From positions 1 through 55,424 of the IMG/VR virus record IMGVR_UViG_3300017589_000282: a stretch of 55,424 nucleotides of DNA; one strand, given 5' to 3'. This document shows, piece by piece, positions 43,703 through 52,770 of this stretch. The notes beneath the pieces were generated by a model. The model was given only the letters and a program-made list of their open reading frames with translations. It was not told where the DNA came from and did no database searches. Each line of letters begins with the position of its first letter. The first letter of the stretch is position 1. This stretch comes from a virus. Its lineage: Duplodnaviria; Caudoviricetes. The position numbers and the translations under genes were made by a program.

Positions 43703-43978
43703 CTATAATTTATTAGGTATCTTAATTTGAACTAAATCTAAATATTATAATATTATTAATACATTTAATAAACTCACTTTTTTAATTTAGGTGGTAGTGT
43801 TTACGTGATTTATTGAATTAAAATGAAGATAATTAATCTTGAAAATAATGTATTGATATCTTTTTATTTATTTGCTTCGCAATAAATGAGAATTTATAAC
43901 AACGCATTTAATATGTAAATAATGTTAATTTATAAGTTTTTTTTATTAATTTATGAACTAAGTGGTAAGATTTGAATA

Positions 43979-43986
43979 TATATTTG
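43979..43986 (+). promoter_or_regulatory. Bacteroidota -7 element (TATATTTG) for the AbiGi-like gene
   Basis: TAnnTTTG about 25 nt upstream of the ATG at 44011. Confidence 0.55.
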
Positions 43987-44010
43987 CCTCGTACTTAAAT
44001 CTAATGCCGT

Positions 44011-44772
44011 ATGTCAGTAAGTAGTAATTCGTTATTTCATTTTACACCCACTGCAAACTATTTAATTAATATTTTGAAAAAAGGGTTCGTTCCATGTTTT
44101 TCGTTGGAGAAATTTGTTATTGATTCAAAAACAAAGGAGTATGCAATTCCTATGATTTGTTTTTGTGATATTCCTTTATCCCAAGTAAGTGGACATATGA
44201 GTATATATGGACAATATGGCATTGGAATGAGCAAGCAGTGGGCTATAAATAATGGACTAAATCCAGTAATATATATTCAAGACCACTCTAAACTCAATAA
44301 ATATACGCACGACATGTCAAATGAAATATGGCGCAAAAAGTGTTCAGACCAATGTGGTGATGAGATCGTAATTTTAAGATCTTTATACTGGCATATCATG
44401 AGATACACTAAAAGATTTGAAGGAGATCTTGTAAGGAATGGGATTATTAAAGATGCAAATTATAAATTTTATAATGAAAGAGAATGGAGATACACTCCAG
44501 AAGTAAATGATTTAACTATTGAAAGTCGTGAATCTTTTTATTTAAAAAAGGTGAATTTTGAAAACGAAGTAACTAGAAAACAAGCCAATGATTCTATCAG
44601 AAAATATAAATTGAAATTTAACACCGATGATATTGAATATATTATTTTGAAGAATAAAGATGAATTAAATTCAATGATACAATTAATTAAAGAAGATCCT
44701 TCCATAAAAAGTGATAAGCTGAAATTAATATCTAAACTATTTACCTCTGAGCAAATAACTATGGATCTTTAA
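44011..44772 (+). CDS. AbiGi-family protein, inserted moron
   Basis: LFHFT...PMICFCDIPL...H...YG.YGIG...W....GLNPVIY...FYNEREWRY; low GC; opposite strand to neighbours. Confidence 0.8.
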   Translation: MSVSSNSLFHFTPTANYLINILKKGFVPCFSLEKFVIDSKTKEYAIPMICFCDIPLSQVSGHMSIYGQYGIGMSKQWAINNGLNPVIYIQDHSKLNKYTHDMSNEIWRKKCSDQCGDEIVILRSLYWHIMRYTKRFEGDLVRNGIIKDANYKFYNEREWRYTPEVNDLTIESRESFYLKKVNFENEVTRKQANDSIRKYKLKFNTDDIEYIILKNKDELNSMIQLIKEDPSIKSDKLKLISKLFTSEQITMDL

Positions 44773-44773
44773 T

Positions 44774-44822
44774 TAACTAATGTCTCTAGAATCGAGAGGC
44801 TAGAGACGTTAGTTATTTTTTT
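44774..44822 (+). terminator. Terminator of the AbiGi-like gene
   Basis: taactaatgtctctag / ctagagacgttagtta followed by a T run. Confidence 0.8.
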
Positions 44823-44858
44823 CATTTTACACAATGTAATTATCATCAATATTGATTA

Positions 44859-45068
44859 CTACTTGCTTATAATTCTGAGTGTGCACACAGGACAATGATC
44901 CTCGCCTCTGAATAAAAAAGGGCACCCGAACTGTTTGTCGATTGCCCCGGTCCAACTGCAGATATGCGGTTCTCTGAACATTTTTTTAAAAGTTGCGTTT
45001 GGAAGTTCCAACGCAAGTTCTCTGTTTTCATCACTCAACAAAAGGAATGATTTCCTTGTATCTATCAT
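44859..45068 (-). CDS. Small Cys-rich hypothetical protein
   Basis: 69 aa, C...C...CPVC. Confidence 0.55.
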   Translation of the reverse strand: MIDTRKSFLLLSDENRELALELPNATFKKMFREPHICSWTGAIDKQFGCPFLFRGEDHCPVCTLRIISK

Positions 45069-45568
45069 TTGTCGTATTGTTTTTTATAAATCAACTCACG
45101 GTCAGTGAAGATGCTTTTTGTTATTAATTGCTCTAGCTTATCAAAATCCTCAAAGTTCGCACCTTTATCGCCGTCTAACAGCTTGCCAAACTCATTCCGG
45201 AGAGCGGAGAGGGATGTTTTCACATTTTCCATAGCTGTGAACATTTCGTTCTTTGGCATTAAGCCCTGCGTCTTAAAGTAGGTTTGAGCTGTGTTCATGT
45301 AGTAAACTGATAGATCAGCATTGTTTATTACCAGGGAAAGAGTTTTCCCTAGCCATGACATAAGATGCTTGTTTTGCCTTTGATCTAGCTCGAATTTCAA
45401 AACCTGTTCGATATCGGATATCCTCGCACTCAGTGTGCTTATTCTAAAATCTAGTTGTTCCATTTCAACTGCTTTCAGATAGCCTCCGCTCCGCATTAAT
45501 TTGCCGAGTTTCTTTACAGCTTCCATTCGCTCTTTTTTAAGCTGCTCTAATTCGATATTAAGTTTCAT
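45065..45568 (-). CDS. Hypothetical helical protein
   Basis: 167 aa, ATGA overlaps on both sides. Confidence 0.7.
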   Translation of the reverse strand: MKLNIELEQLKKERMEAVKKLGKLMRSGGYLKAVEMEQLDFRISTLSARISDIEQVLKFELDQRQNKHLMSWLGKTLSLVINNADLSVYYMNTAQTYFKTQGLMPKNEMFTAMENVKTSLSALRNEFGKLLDGDKGANFEDFDKLEQLITKSIFTDRELIYKKQYDK

Positions 45569-46122
45569 TTCTTTGATTTTTTAAGTTCTAAATACTCTTC
45601 GTAAGTGATTCCGGTCGGATTATCCTCCTGTGATAGCTTTTTAAACCGCTCTGCCTCCTTTATGCTTTGGTTTTGTGCCATTGTGTCCCGATGCTTGTCG
45701 TATGCCTTAAACCAGCTTAGAATGACTTCCCCGTCCATGCGTCCGAACACCTGTCCGAACATTCCCTTTTTAGCCATTTTAAAAAACAGTTTGAAATCCT
45801 CTTGCTTGTAATGTGGGTATTCTTCAATAACCAGGTTTATGGTATCTGCTACTTGCAAATCGTTCATGGTCCCGTTGGTTGAATAGAACTGGATAAATGA
45901 ATTAAACCATCTCACCATGTGCGCCCGGAGAACTATTGCCCCCAGTTCAATTTCCATTTCAACAATCGAGGGAGATGCAGTTGCGCTAAAAACCTCCAGT
46001 GCTGTTTTTGGGTTGATTGATTCCCAGTATAGCGTTGGCTTGCTCTTCAAGAGATTGACGACTTGCTGCTTTGTCGGCTGCTGAATTACCAGTCCCTGTT
46101 CTTTGTATTTTTCTATTCCCAT
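45565..46122 (-). CDS. Replication-associated protein; possible helicase loader
   Basis: Follows and overlaps the initiator; G.FGQVFGRMDGEVILSWF motif; start at MGIEK assumed. Confidence 0.55.
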   Translation of the reverse strand: MGIEKYKEQGLVIQQPTKQQVVNLLKSKPTLYWESINPKTALEVFSATASPSIVEMEIELGAIVLRAHMVRWFNSFIQFYSTNGTMNDLQVADTINLVIEEYPHYKQEDFKLFFKMAKKGMFGQVFGRMDGEVILSWFKAYDKHRDTMAQNQSIKEAERFKKLSQEDNPTGITYEEYLELKKSKK

Positions 46123-46819
46123 CAAATTTTTCTTTGCTTGCCCACGTTGCAAGTCTTTTAGAGACCTCCCACGTGGGCTGTTTTTCAAATCTCATTTGTG
46201 TTTGCGATTTTGTAAGCTCGCTCCAGTAATCAAAAAATTCCCGAAGCATTTGCTTATCGTACTTTTCTAAAAACGGAGTGAGAGAGGTATAAAACAAATC
46301 CCTGCGAGAGAGTGTAGCAGCGATAGCTGCGTCCCGATCTTTTTTCATTTCCTCTGGATTTTTCTTTTTACTCTCGTTAGAGAGTTTTTCTTTTATTTCT
46401 TCATTCTTATCATTCTTATCATTCTTGTTTGTTGTTACTTGCTTGTTACTTGTTTGTTCTTTGCATGTTACTTGCGTGTTGTCTGTTTGTTGCGAATCCT
46501 GGTAACTGTCATAATTACAGACTGTTAGGCGTGTTGTTTTGTGAAGCCCCTCGATAGTGATCATTGAATCGCATTTGAGTAAATCAAAAAATGTCCTAAC
46601 CCTCTGAATTGACCATTCTTTTCCGAATATTTCAGCCCAACTTTTTAGACTTAAAATAGATTGACCACGTTCGCAATCGATCAATTCTTTATGTATAAGA
46701 ACTTTTTTACACTCGTGGTTAACCGTAATTATTATGGTTAGCCAGGCTTTAAGATAGTTCGGATTATTCCATACCCAGTGCTCTGTTATCTTTCTATGAA
46801 GTTTTATCCATCCATCCAT
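45986..46819 (-). CDS. Phage replication initiator (O/DnaD-like)
   Basis: GWIKLHRKI.EHW.W N-terminal wHTH; T.CNYD.YQ; C-terminal FFDYWSE...RFE...TWE...RL.TW. Confidence 0.8.
   Translation of the reverse strand: MDGWIKLHRKITEHWVWNNPNYLKAWLTIIITVNHECKKVLIHKELIDCERGQSILSLKSWAEIFGKEWSIQRVRTFFDLLKCDSMITIEGLHKTTRLTVCNYDSYQDSQQTDNTQVTCKEQTSNKQVTTNKNDKNDKNEEIKEKLSNESKKKNPEEMKKDRDAAIAATLSRRDLFYTSLTPFLEKYDKQMLREFFDYWSELTKSQTQMRFEKQPTWEVSKRLATWASKEKFDGNRKIQRTGTGNSAADKAASRQSLEEQANAILGINQPKNSTGGF
46369..46498. repeat. Putative replication origin: six 11-bp iterons, 9-bp repeats and an inverted repeat
   Basis: tgttacttgct|tgttacttgtt|tgttctttgca|tgttacttgcg|tgttgtctgtt|tgttgcgaatc from 46433; tcattctt[ag] x3; actctc gtta gagagt. 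Confidence 0.65.
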
Positions 46820-46843
46820 AATAACTCATTAAAAAGGTTCATT

Positions 46844-46987
46844 TTATCTCTTTTTAAATAAATCGCAAATTCTCTTACCGTATGATCGGAAGATTTTAAG
46901 TATTTTGCAAAACACCATGTAATCTCCATGCTCACCTTGATGCTTGCAATCTCTACAGTCTACAGCTTGGTTTGTTTTCTTTGCCAT
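46844..46987 (-). CDS. 47-aa zinc-finger-like protein, not in the ORF track
   Basis: MAKKTNQAVDCRDCKH...FC...IC; TAATG coupling to the VRR-NUC gene. Confidence 0.6.
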   Translation of the reverse strand: MAKKTNQAVDCRDCKHQGEHGDYMVFCKILKIFRSYGKRICDLFKKR

Positions 46988-47349
46988 TAGAATAATATTG
47001 CATTACTGAAATAATCCTTTATAGCCTCTCTAAAGCCATTAAATGTTCGAATGACCATATATTTTCCTCCTACCTTTTCAACTTCTTGCTGCCACTCTAT
47101 CTGCGATTCCTGCTGCTTATTTTTTCCATACTTCATTTCGATACAAAAGTATGGGTGCATTCCGTTTGGATAGAGTAGGATTAAATCCGCTGCTCCTCGT
47201 ACAACTCCCTCTGCTTGAAGATTGGCCGCTGTTATTGCGTCACGTTTACCACCGTTCGGGACAGCAATTAAGATGCGTTTGTATTTTGGGTATTGCAATC
47301 TAAACCATTTTACACAGGCTTTCTGTAATTTTGATTCTTCTGTTTTCAT
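46987..47349 (-). CDS. VRR-NUC domain nuclease
   Basis: ESKLQ..CV.WFR, AVPNGG.R, GV..G.ADL, IEMK, Q..W. Confidence 0.85.
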   Translation of the reverse strand: MKTEESKLQKACVKWFRLQYPKYKRILIAVPNGGKRDAITAANLQAEGVVRGAADLILLYPNGMHPYFCIEMKYGKNKQQESQIEWQQEVEKVGGKYMVIRTFNGFREAIKDYFSNAILF

Positions 47350-47642
47350 ATTCCGAAATATCTAAATGCTCCATGTTCATCAAAACTTTTCACTCTCTCG
47401 TATAGCTTTGTTTGAAGAACTCTGAAATTGATAGAAGAATCGTATTGATCATGACAATACCTACAAAGCCTAACGAGATTTAGCGGATTGGTGTAGTGTT
47501 CGGGATATACCGACTTCGGAAGTAGATGCGCTAAATCTCCCTGTGTATGCTTTCCGCATATTTCGCAAACAGGAGGGAGATTCTTTTTAATCTCCCCGAT
47601 CTGCCTGTCTTTTTCGAGTTGTTTCTTGCTTTTTTTTCTCAT
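47346..47642 (-). CDS. HNH-like endonuclease
   Basis: CEICG...DLAH...NLV.LCRYCH. Confidence 0.75.
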   Translation of the reverse strand: MRKKSKKQLEKDRQIGEIKKNLPPVCEICGKHTQGDLAHLLPKSVYPEHYTNPLNLVRLCRYCHDQYDSSINFRVLQTKLYERVKSFDEHGAFRYFGI

Positions 47643-47645
47643 AGC

Positions 47646-48104
47646 TTAAAACGGTAGATCATCCGCTGGTGTTGGTTCTTCCATCCCTGGGGCTGAATTG
47701 ATTGGCGGGGTAGGCTTTGCATACTTAAATTCTTCCTGTTGTGTTTCTGTCTGAACGTCCGGCTTCGCCTTTTGGCTCGGGAAGAATTGAATTTCGTTGG
47801 CTATAATCTCGTTAAAGTAAGACTTAACACCTGCTGTGTTAGTGTATTCTCTTTGAGATATTTCGCCTGTTATTCCAATGAAATCACCTTTCTTTACATA
47901 TGGTTCAATCGCTTTAACTATACCACCTTTTGCTGTGATGTTATGCCATGTAGTTTTGTCTGGAACAACGGTGCCGGATTGGGTGGTATATCCCTTTTTT
48001 GATGTTGCCATCGTAAAGTTTGCGACTTTTCCACCATCTTGGAATGTTTTAATCTCGGGGTCTTTTCCTACGTACCCATTTAAAATAACCATGTTTAAGC
48101 TCAT
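47646..48104 (-). CDS. ssb: Single-stranded DNA-binding protein
   Basis: N.VIL.GYVGKDPE, T.WHNI, C-terminal DDLPF. Confidence 0.95.
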   Translation of the reverse strand: MSLNMVILNGYVGKDPEIKTFQDGGKVANFTMATSKKGYTTQSGTVVPDKTTWHNITAKGGIVKAIEPYVKKGDFIGITGEISQREYTNTAGVKSYFNEIIANEIQFFPSQKAKPDVQTETQQEEFKYAKPTPPINSAPGMEEPTPADDLPF

Positions 48105-48316
48105 GCTTTTCTTTTATTTTCGTTAATTAATAATGCAGCTCTTTGTTGGTTTCTGCATCTTATTTTGTCTCTATCTAAAGAGTTTGTTTTCATTGCCAAA
48201 GTGGATGATATAACCTTTACGCTTATCCCCAATTCCTTGCTGATAGATTCCTGCGTATATCCTTCATGCATATACATTTTTACTATCTCATTTTTTGTGA
48301 ATTTTGTGATGCTCAT
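48101..48316 (-). CDS. Small HTH protein
   Basis: GYTQESISKELGIS. Confidence 0.65.
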   Translation of the reverse strand: MSITKFTKNEIVKMYMHEGYTQESISKELGISVKVISSTLAMKTNSLDRDKIRCRNQQRAALLINENKRKA

Positions 48317-48335
48317 AATTTTATTTTGAAATTTG

Positions 48336-48443
48336 CTCTCCGGACAGGATTCGAACCTGCATGATAATTTTCGGCCTATGCTCTATCGCATAATCTCATT
48401 ATCTATCACCACCTGTTAGCGTCTACCATTTCGCCACCGGAGA
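48336..48443 (-). ncRNA. tRNA-like RNA with a Leu-type D arm, T arm and acceptor stem but no canonical anticodon arm
   Basis: TCTCCGG TG GCGAAATGGTAGACGC ...~58 nt... GCAGG TTCGAAT CCTGT CCGGAGA G(CAA). Confidence 0.7.
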
Positions 48444-48445
48444 AT

Positions 48446-48475
48446 AAAAAAGGGAAGAATTGCTTCCTCCCTTTT
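48446..48475 (-). terminator. Intrinsic terminator immediately upstream of the tRNA-like RNA
   Basis: - strand AAAAGGGAGGAAGCAAUUCUUCCCUUUUUU. Confidence 0.7.
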
Positions 48476-48481
48476 GAATAT

Positions 48482-48844
48482 TTAATCTACAATTTCCCAA
48501 TCCTCTGAAAGCTATTCTTCCAACGTTGGTCTAAATATGGATATGTTTTGTTTCCCAGCCTCACAAAACAGATGGTCTCTAGATGTGATGTTAGCATCGT
48601 TTTTAATCGATGCTCTGATAGAAATACCAGGAAGCCATCTTGGTAATCTAAATCCTCTCCCTTGCCTGGCTGCTGCCAACGCTTCCCAAAACGTGCAACC
48701 CTTTACTTCGTGATATGCTTTTTCGAACACATCTATAGGGGACCAGGATGTGTAACCATCTTCGTGAACGACCTGGTAGCCACATTTTCCGTCTTTAATC
48801 TGAGGCTCTGCAGATATGACCTTAGTTCCAATATATTTTTTCAT
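48482..48844 (-). CDS. Tad2/DUF2829-like anti-defence sponge protein with an in-frame TAG at 48512-48514 (possible pseudogene)
   Basis: N-domain KKYIGTK...GY.V...DGY.SWSP..VFEKAY; TFWEAL.A..QG....PRW; frame continues PTLEE*LSEDWEIVD. Confidence 0.6.
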
Positions 48845-48859
48845 AAGTAATGAATCTGT

Positions 48860-49597
48860 TTATTGTTCTATGATTACAATGCCAGGGGCAATCTTTGTGA
48901 TAAGTTCTATTTGTTTATCAATTACCTCGTTCCTCGCATTCTCTAGCAATTCTTCTGCTGCAGGAGAAACAAGCGATAAGCGTATATCTCTACCGTCTAC
49001 ATCTGAGTAAATCTCTACTTCAATTTCTTCCGGTTGGTGTCCCTTGAATAATGGGATGGACAACTTAAATGACTTAGGTAGGTTTGAATCGACTATTTGA
49101 GAGAAGTTGTCCGTTTTTGATCCGTTTTCCTCTTTAGATTGCTCGATGCTTTGATTTACTTTTGCCCGGAAGTTTTTCAGTTCGGATACTATTTGCATGT
49201 TCTCCGCTTTGTCTTTGAAGAATGCCCGGTTCATCTTGAAGAATTGGGCTAGTTGCTGCGGCTCCCATGTTTTGTTATAATTGATCCCGAAAGCGTTTAT
49301 CTTAGAAGATGTAATTAACTTTCCTTTGATTGATTGACCGTAATAGTTTTCTTCATCAATGCGTAAATCAATGGTGATATTGTCACGACTGATAATTACG
49401 TTCGATCTTTTCTGATCAATCAGCCCAATGCGCTGTTGAAGCCATCGAAACGGTGCATCAATTGTTCCAGATATTCCTACAATTAGAGGCTCTCTGTCGT
49501 CAATTTGTTTAACGGCTTCACCCTCTCTCAATACAATTTCAATTGGTGTTCCATCGTAACCTACGGGGATCACTACATTCATTTTTTCTGTGTCCAT
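48860..49597 (-). CDS. Hypothetical phage protein (DUF2303/YfdQ-like)
   Basis: 245 aa; LP..F.L.IPLFKG motif. Confidence 0.55.
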   Translation of the reverse strand: MDTEKMNVVIPVGYDGTPIEIVLREGEAVKQIDDREPLIVGISGTIDAPFRWLQQRIGLIDQKRSNVIISRDNITIDLRIDEENYYGQSIKGKLITSSKINAFGINYNKTWEPQQLAQFFKMNRAFFKDKAENMQIVSELKNFRAKVNQSIEQSKEENGSKTDNFSQIVDSNLPKSFKLSIPLFKGHQPEEIEVEIYSDVDGRDIRLSLVSPAAEELLENARNEVIDKQIELITKIAPGIVIIEQ

Positions 49598-49603
49598 AAT
49601 TTC

Positions 49604-50029
49604 TTAATCTTCTGTTCCTGTTTTAATACTTCTGTAAATTGTTTTCTGCATCTCCTGGGGCATAATCGGTCTTGAAGAAACTAGTTCGCCAAACTTATTG
49701 TAAAACGCTACTATTCTTTCTTCTTGATCAACGAACTTGTAGCATTCTTCAAGCACGTATTCCGATTTTTGCTTTATCTCCTGCAGAAGTTTTTTTCTAT
49801 CTTCTAAAGGGGTCTTCATCTTATCTTTCATTTCTTTGATGACTTCCCTTTTTGTAACTTCAAGATCGTTGATCTTGATTGAAGCGTTGGCTAGTTCTTC
49901 TTTCTTTTGATTCATTTCCTCCGGGGTGAATCTTCTTGTGTAGCCAATTTCTTCTACTGCATCGCAATTGTTTTCTAGAAACTGCGCTCTTGCAGCTTCC
50001 GGATAATCTTGTCCTAAAAACTTTTCCAT
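49604..50029 (-). CDS. Hypothetical coiled-coil phage protein
   Basis: 141 aa, in operon. Confidence 0.7.
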   Translation of the reverse strand: MEKFLGQDYPEAARAQFLENNCDAVEEIGYTRRFTPEEMNQKKEELANASIKINDLEVTKREVIKEMKDKMKTPLEDRKKLLQEIKQKSEYVLEECYKFVDQEERIVAFYNKFGELVSSRPIMPQEMQKTIYRSIKTGTED

Positions 50030-50215
50030 TTATACTATTATTAAGTGAATGATTTGAAATGCTAAAAACATGATAGACAAAACAGAGAAAGTAACAGCCA
50101 TGCCGGCTATTTTAGCGTTGGTGTATTTGTACTTCTTTCTGTTTATCTCTTGTAATATGACTGATATTGTCGCTGTGATAAACATCAGTATGAATAAGAC
50201 TACAGGTGTTACCAT
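50030..50215 (-). CDS. Small two-TM protein
   Basis: 61 aa, tightly packed. Confidence 0.6.
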   Translation of the reverse strand: MVTPVVLFILMFITATISVILQEINRKKYKYTNAKIAGMAVTFSVLSIMFLAFQIIHLIIV

Positions 50216-50216
50216 T

Positions 50217-50618
50217 TCAGTGTTTATTAAATTCCTTACCCATTGTGACGGTTAGCCTTAGTTCCTCTTTATTCTTACTGATTAAAGTTCTACACCAATC
50301 TAGCTGATGGGTGCAGGTAGCGTTCAACCTGGTTATCCAATCAACCAGGTATTGTTCATCCTGGCACATTGAATCAACCAATGCGTTTTGTACTTTAGCG
50401 GATAACTTTGCTTCGGATATGTAGGCTATAGCTTCAAGAATATCTTCTTTTTTCTTTCCGCCACATAACTTCTTTGCGTCCGCAAGCATTTGCCCGGTTC
50501 TTGCCATGTAAACAGAAAGGTCGCAACCTCTTGCGACCACTTCTGCACTTGTGTCTGACATTGTAACCTCTAAAAAGGATTGTATGTCCTGGCATTCCTT
50601 AGTTAGCTTTTCTAACAT
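50217..50618 (-). CDS. Hypothetical protein
   Basis: 133 aa, in operon. Confidence 0.7.
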   Translation of the reverse strand: MLEKLTKECQDIQSFLEVTMSDTSAEVVARGCDLSVYMARTGQMLADAKKLCGGKKKEDILEAIAYISEAKLSAKVQNALVDSMCQDEQYLVDWITRLNATCTHQLDWCRTLISKNKEELRLTVTMGKEFNKH

Positions 50619-50748
50619 AGCTTTTTAAGTATTATTTTTGATATTCTAATTAGATTGGCTTTTCTAGTATCATGCGGAGGAGAATCCAATGATGCTACGT
50701 ATCTTAGAATTGAAATAATCTGATTGAATATTCCATTCGGGATTTGTT

Positions 50749-51678
50749 TCATTCAATGATTTGAGCTTCATCAAATTTATCAACTTCCTGTGATTTGGTA
50801 GATTTCTTCCAATCCTCGAACTCCTCATTTTCAAAAGCGTTCTCAGTTTCAAGTACTTTCAACGTGCTTTCTGAAATATTTGACTTTGGCAAGCTCTTGA
50901 ACGCCCAATTGATGATTGTTTTCTTAGCCATTTCAGCGTAATCGGATAACCAGGGACAATCTTTTCCGGATTTGAATGCTTCGGATCGTTGTTTTATTTC
51001 TTCAACTCTCGAAACAGGCATAACATCGAACTGTTTTAATCCGTTTGGCAAAATAGCTACCCAATACCCCCCGACAATATCCCCCCGGTCCTTGCTGAAA
51101 TAGTCCGGTCTGTGCATTATGTTTGATTCTGTACCCTTTATTACATCGAATTTATCATTCGCATAGACAAGCTGTGCTTCTATAAACTTTACCACCCCGG
51201 CTCTAATAAGGATTTCAGTCTTTCCTATATAAGAAGATTGAAACTTCACCTTTCCTTTATAAGGGACCAGGTATGCCATCCTTAATTCGGGATTTAGAGT
51301 AAGTCCCGTTAAGGCTACACTCTTAATAGCTTCTATAAAATGTTCCGGATATCGTGTAGCACAATCAATAAGGTAGGTGTTGTTCATTAATGCAAGGATT
51401 GCAAAGTTCACCTCTCTGCTGAATTGTTGCTCTGTTCCACCTGCTGCTATAAATGCTTTTTTCGGTTGCATAAGAAGTGGTCCGATACCAGCTCTCTGTA
51501 AAATCTCCGGCAGGGCAGGGGGTAGCTTCTGTTCCTGGGCTGCAGGTACAACGGGTATGGGTGCTTGTTCCGTTGCTGGGGGTGCTTTCGTTGCCGGGGC
51601 AGCTTTCGTTGTTTGGGCTGCGTCTTTGTTTGTTGGCTTCTGTGCTGGCTGCTGAGTTTGATTCTGATCTTTATTCAT
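50749..51678 (-). CDS. recT: RecT-family single-strand annealing protein
   Basis: GLTLNP...AYLVPYK...Y.G; VYANDKF; PW..DYAEMAKKT. Confidence 0.9.
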   Translation of the reverse strand: MNKDQNQTQQPAQKPTNKDAAQTTKAAPATKAPPATEQAPIPVVPAAQEQKLPPALPEILQRAGIGPLLMQPKKAFIAAGGTEQQFSREVNFAILALMNNTYLIDCATRYPEHFIEAIKSVALTGLTLNPELRMAYLVPYKGKVKFQSSYIGKTEILIRAGVVKFIEAQLVYANDKFDVIKGTESNIMHRPDYFSKDRGDIVGGYWVAILPNGLKQFDVMPVSRVEEIKQRSEAFKSGKDCPWLSDYAEMAKKTIINWAFKSLPKSNISESTLKVLETENAFENEEFEDWKKSTKSQEVDKFDEAQIIE

Positions 51679-52630
51679 GATTATAAAAATTTATTTGTTT
51701 GATAGATTCGTACATCGGAACTTTTGGTTCCATTATCCTGCGTCCCTTGAACTCCGGCTTGATGAAGATTTGCGCTCCATCGAAGTCTTGATGTTTGGTG
51801 CAATAAACATGTTGCTCTAACAGCTTTGCGAACATGTGCGCTCCGCTTCCCATTTTTACTATACCATCTTCCTGTGAGTAGGCCCAATTCGCTGCACTAA
51901 CAAGTACTGCGTCATATGGTGCTGATTTCTGTTGAAAAACCCAGAAAAAATCTTTCCATACTCCGCTACGTTCATGCTCCATGAATTGATAAAATGCGGC
52001 TGATATATGATACTTGAATTTTAGGATCACCTTGTTTATAGTATCATCATGTAGATCATCTACTGCTACGCTTTTCCAATCGACAATCTTTTTTGCCGTT
52101 TCAACGTCCGGTCTGTACTTGAACTTCACTCCCTCGTATTCGACAAAGTGGGAAATTTCAGCTTTTCCCCACTTTATTATTTCCCGGATTGACTTTGATG
52201 TACTTCGGCAATTGTTAAGAAGCTCGTATGCCATTTTCTCTACAAGGATTACATCGGTTTGCGAAACAAGCCTCTTGCCCTCGTTCTGCATCTGAAAAAA
52301 GTCTTTCGCTTCATCGTATGCTTTTGTGCCAAACCCAAATGGTGATCCTGTGCGTGGGTTTACCGGAGGATCGAATACGGCAAATAGTTTGTAAAATCCT
52401 TCCGAACTTCCTGTATTGACAAGTGATTCCAGGTAATCATGATAAAGGCTCCCTTTTTCGGAAGCCTCTGCACCTATTTGAAACTGTTCGGGATGCAATC
52501 TCTTGTATCTTGCATACTTTGGTGATATAACGTAATCTTTTATCTGTGTAGATGAAAGATACTCCCGGAACTCTTCCCCCCGGTGGTATTCCTCGTTGGA
52601 TAATCCAATTATTGTATCTGGTATATTCAT
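51671..52630 (-). CDS. RecE/ExoVIII-like PD-(D/E)XK exonuclease
   Basis: SNEEYH, LSST.IK, GS.YH...E, K.RPD...DWKS, Y..SAAFY; adjacent to recT. Confidence 0.85.
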   Translation of the reverse strand: MNIPDTIIGLSNEEYHRGEEFREYLSSTQIKDYVISPKYARYKRLHPEQFQIGAEASEKGSLYHDYLESLVNTGSSEGFYKLFAVFDPPVNPRTGSPFGFGTKAYDEAKDFFQMQNEGKRLVSQTDVILVEKMAYELLNNCRSTSKSIREIIKWGKAEISHFVEYEGVKFKYRPDVETAKKIVDWKSVAVDDLHDDTINKVILKFKYHISAAFYQFMEHERSGVWKDFFWVFQQKSAPYDAVLVSAANWAYSQEDGIVKMGSGAHMFAKLLEQHVYCTKHQDFDGAQIFIKPEFKGRRIMEPKVPMYESIKQINFYNHE

Positions 52631-52770
52631 TACAGTAAATCTTTTAATACAGCTTTTAATCTATCTGTTTGAGCTTTTAAGTCTTCTACCTCTTTTTCAA
52701 GATTAAGCCTTTTCTTCTGTTCTTCTAACCACCATGCTTTGTAATCTATGGCATACTCGTTTTTCTCCAT
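52630..52770 (-). CDS. 46-aa coiled-coil protein, not in the ORF track
   Basis: MEKNEYAIDYKAWWLEEQKKRL...; TAATG overlaps on both sides. Confidence 0.65.
   Translation of the reverse strand: MEKNEYAIDYKAWWLEEQKKRLNLEKEVEDLKAQTDRLKAVLKDLL

Noticed and set aside
48336-48443. tRNA fragment as a prophage attachment site
   Set aside because: It lies in the middle of the early operon with both 5' and 3' tRNA halves present and no integrase nearby.
48336-48514. Amber recoding (TAG read as Gln) with the adjacent tRNA-like RNA as suppressor
   Set aside because: The RNA has no anticodon stem-loop presenting CUA. TAG appears to be a real stop elsewhere (e.g. 42694, followed at once by the next ATG; also 5863, 45986, 54940), and long late genes are not broken by TAG.
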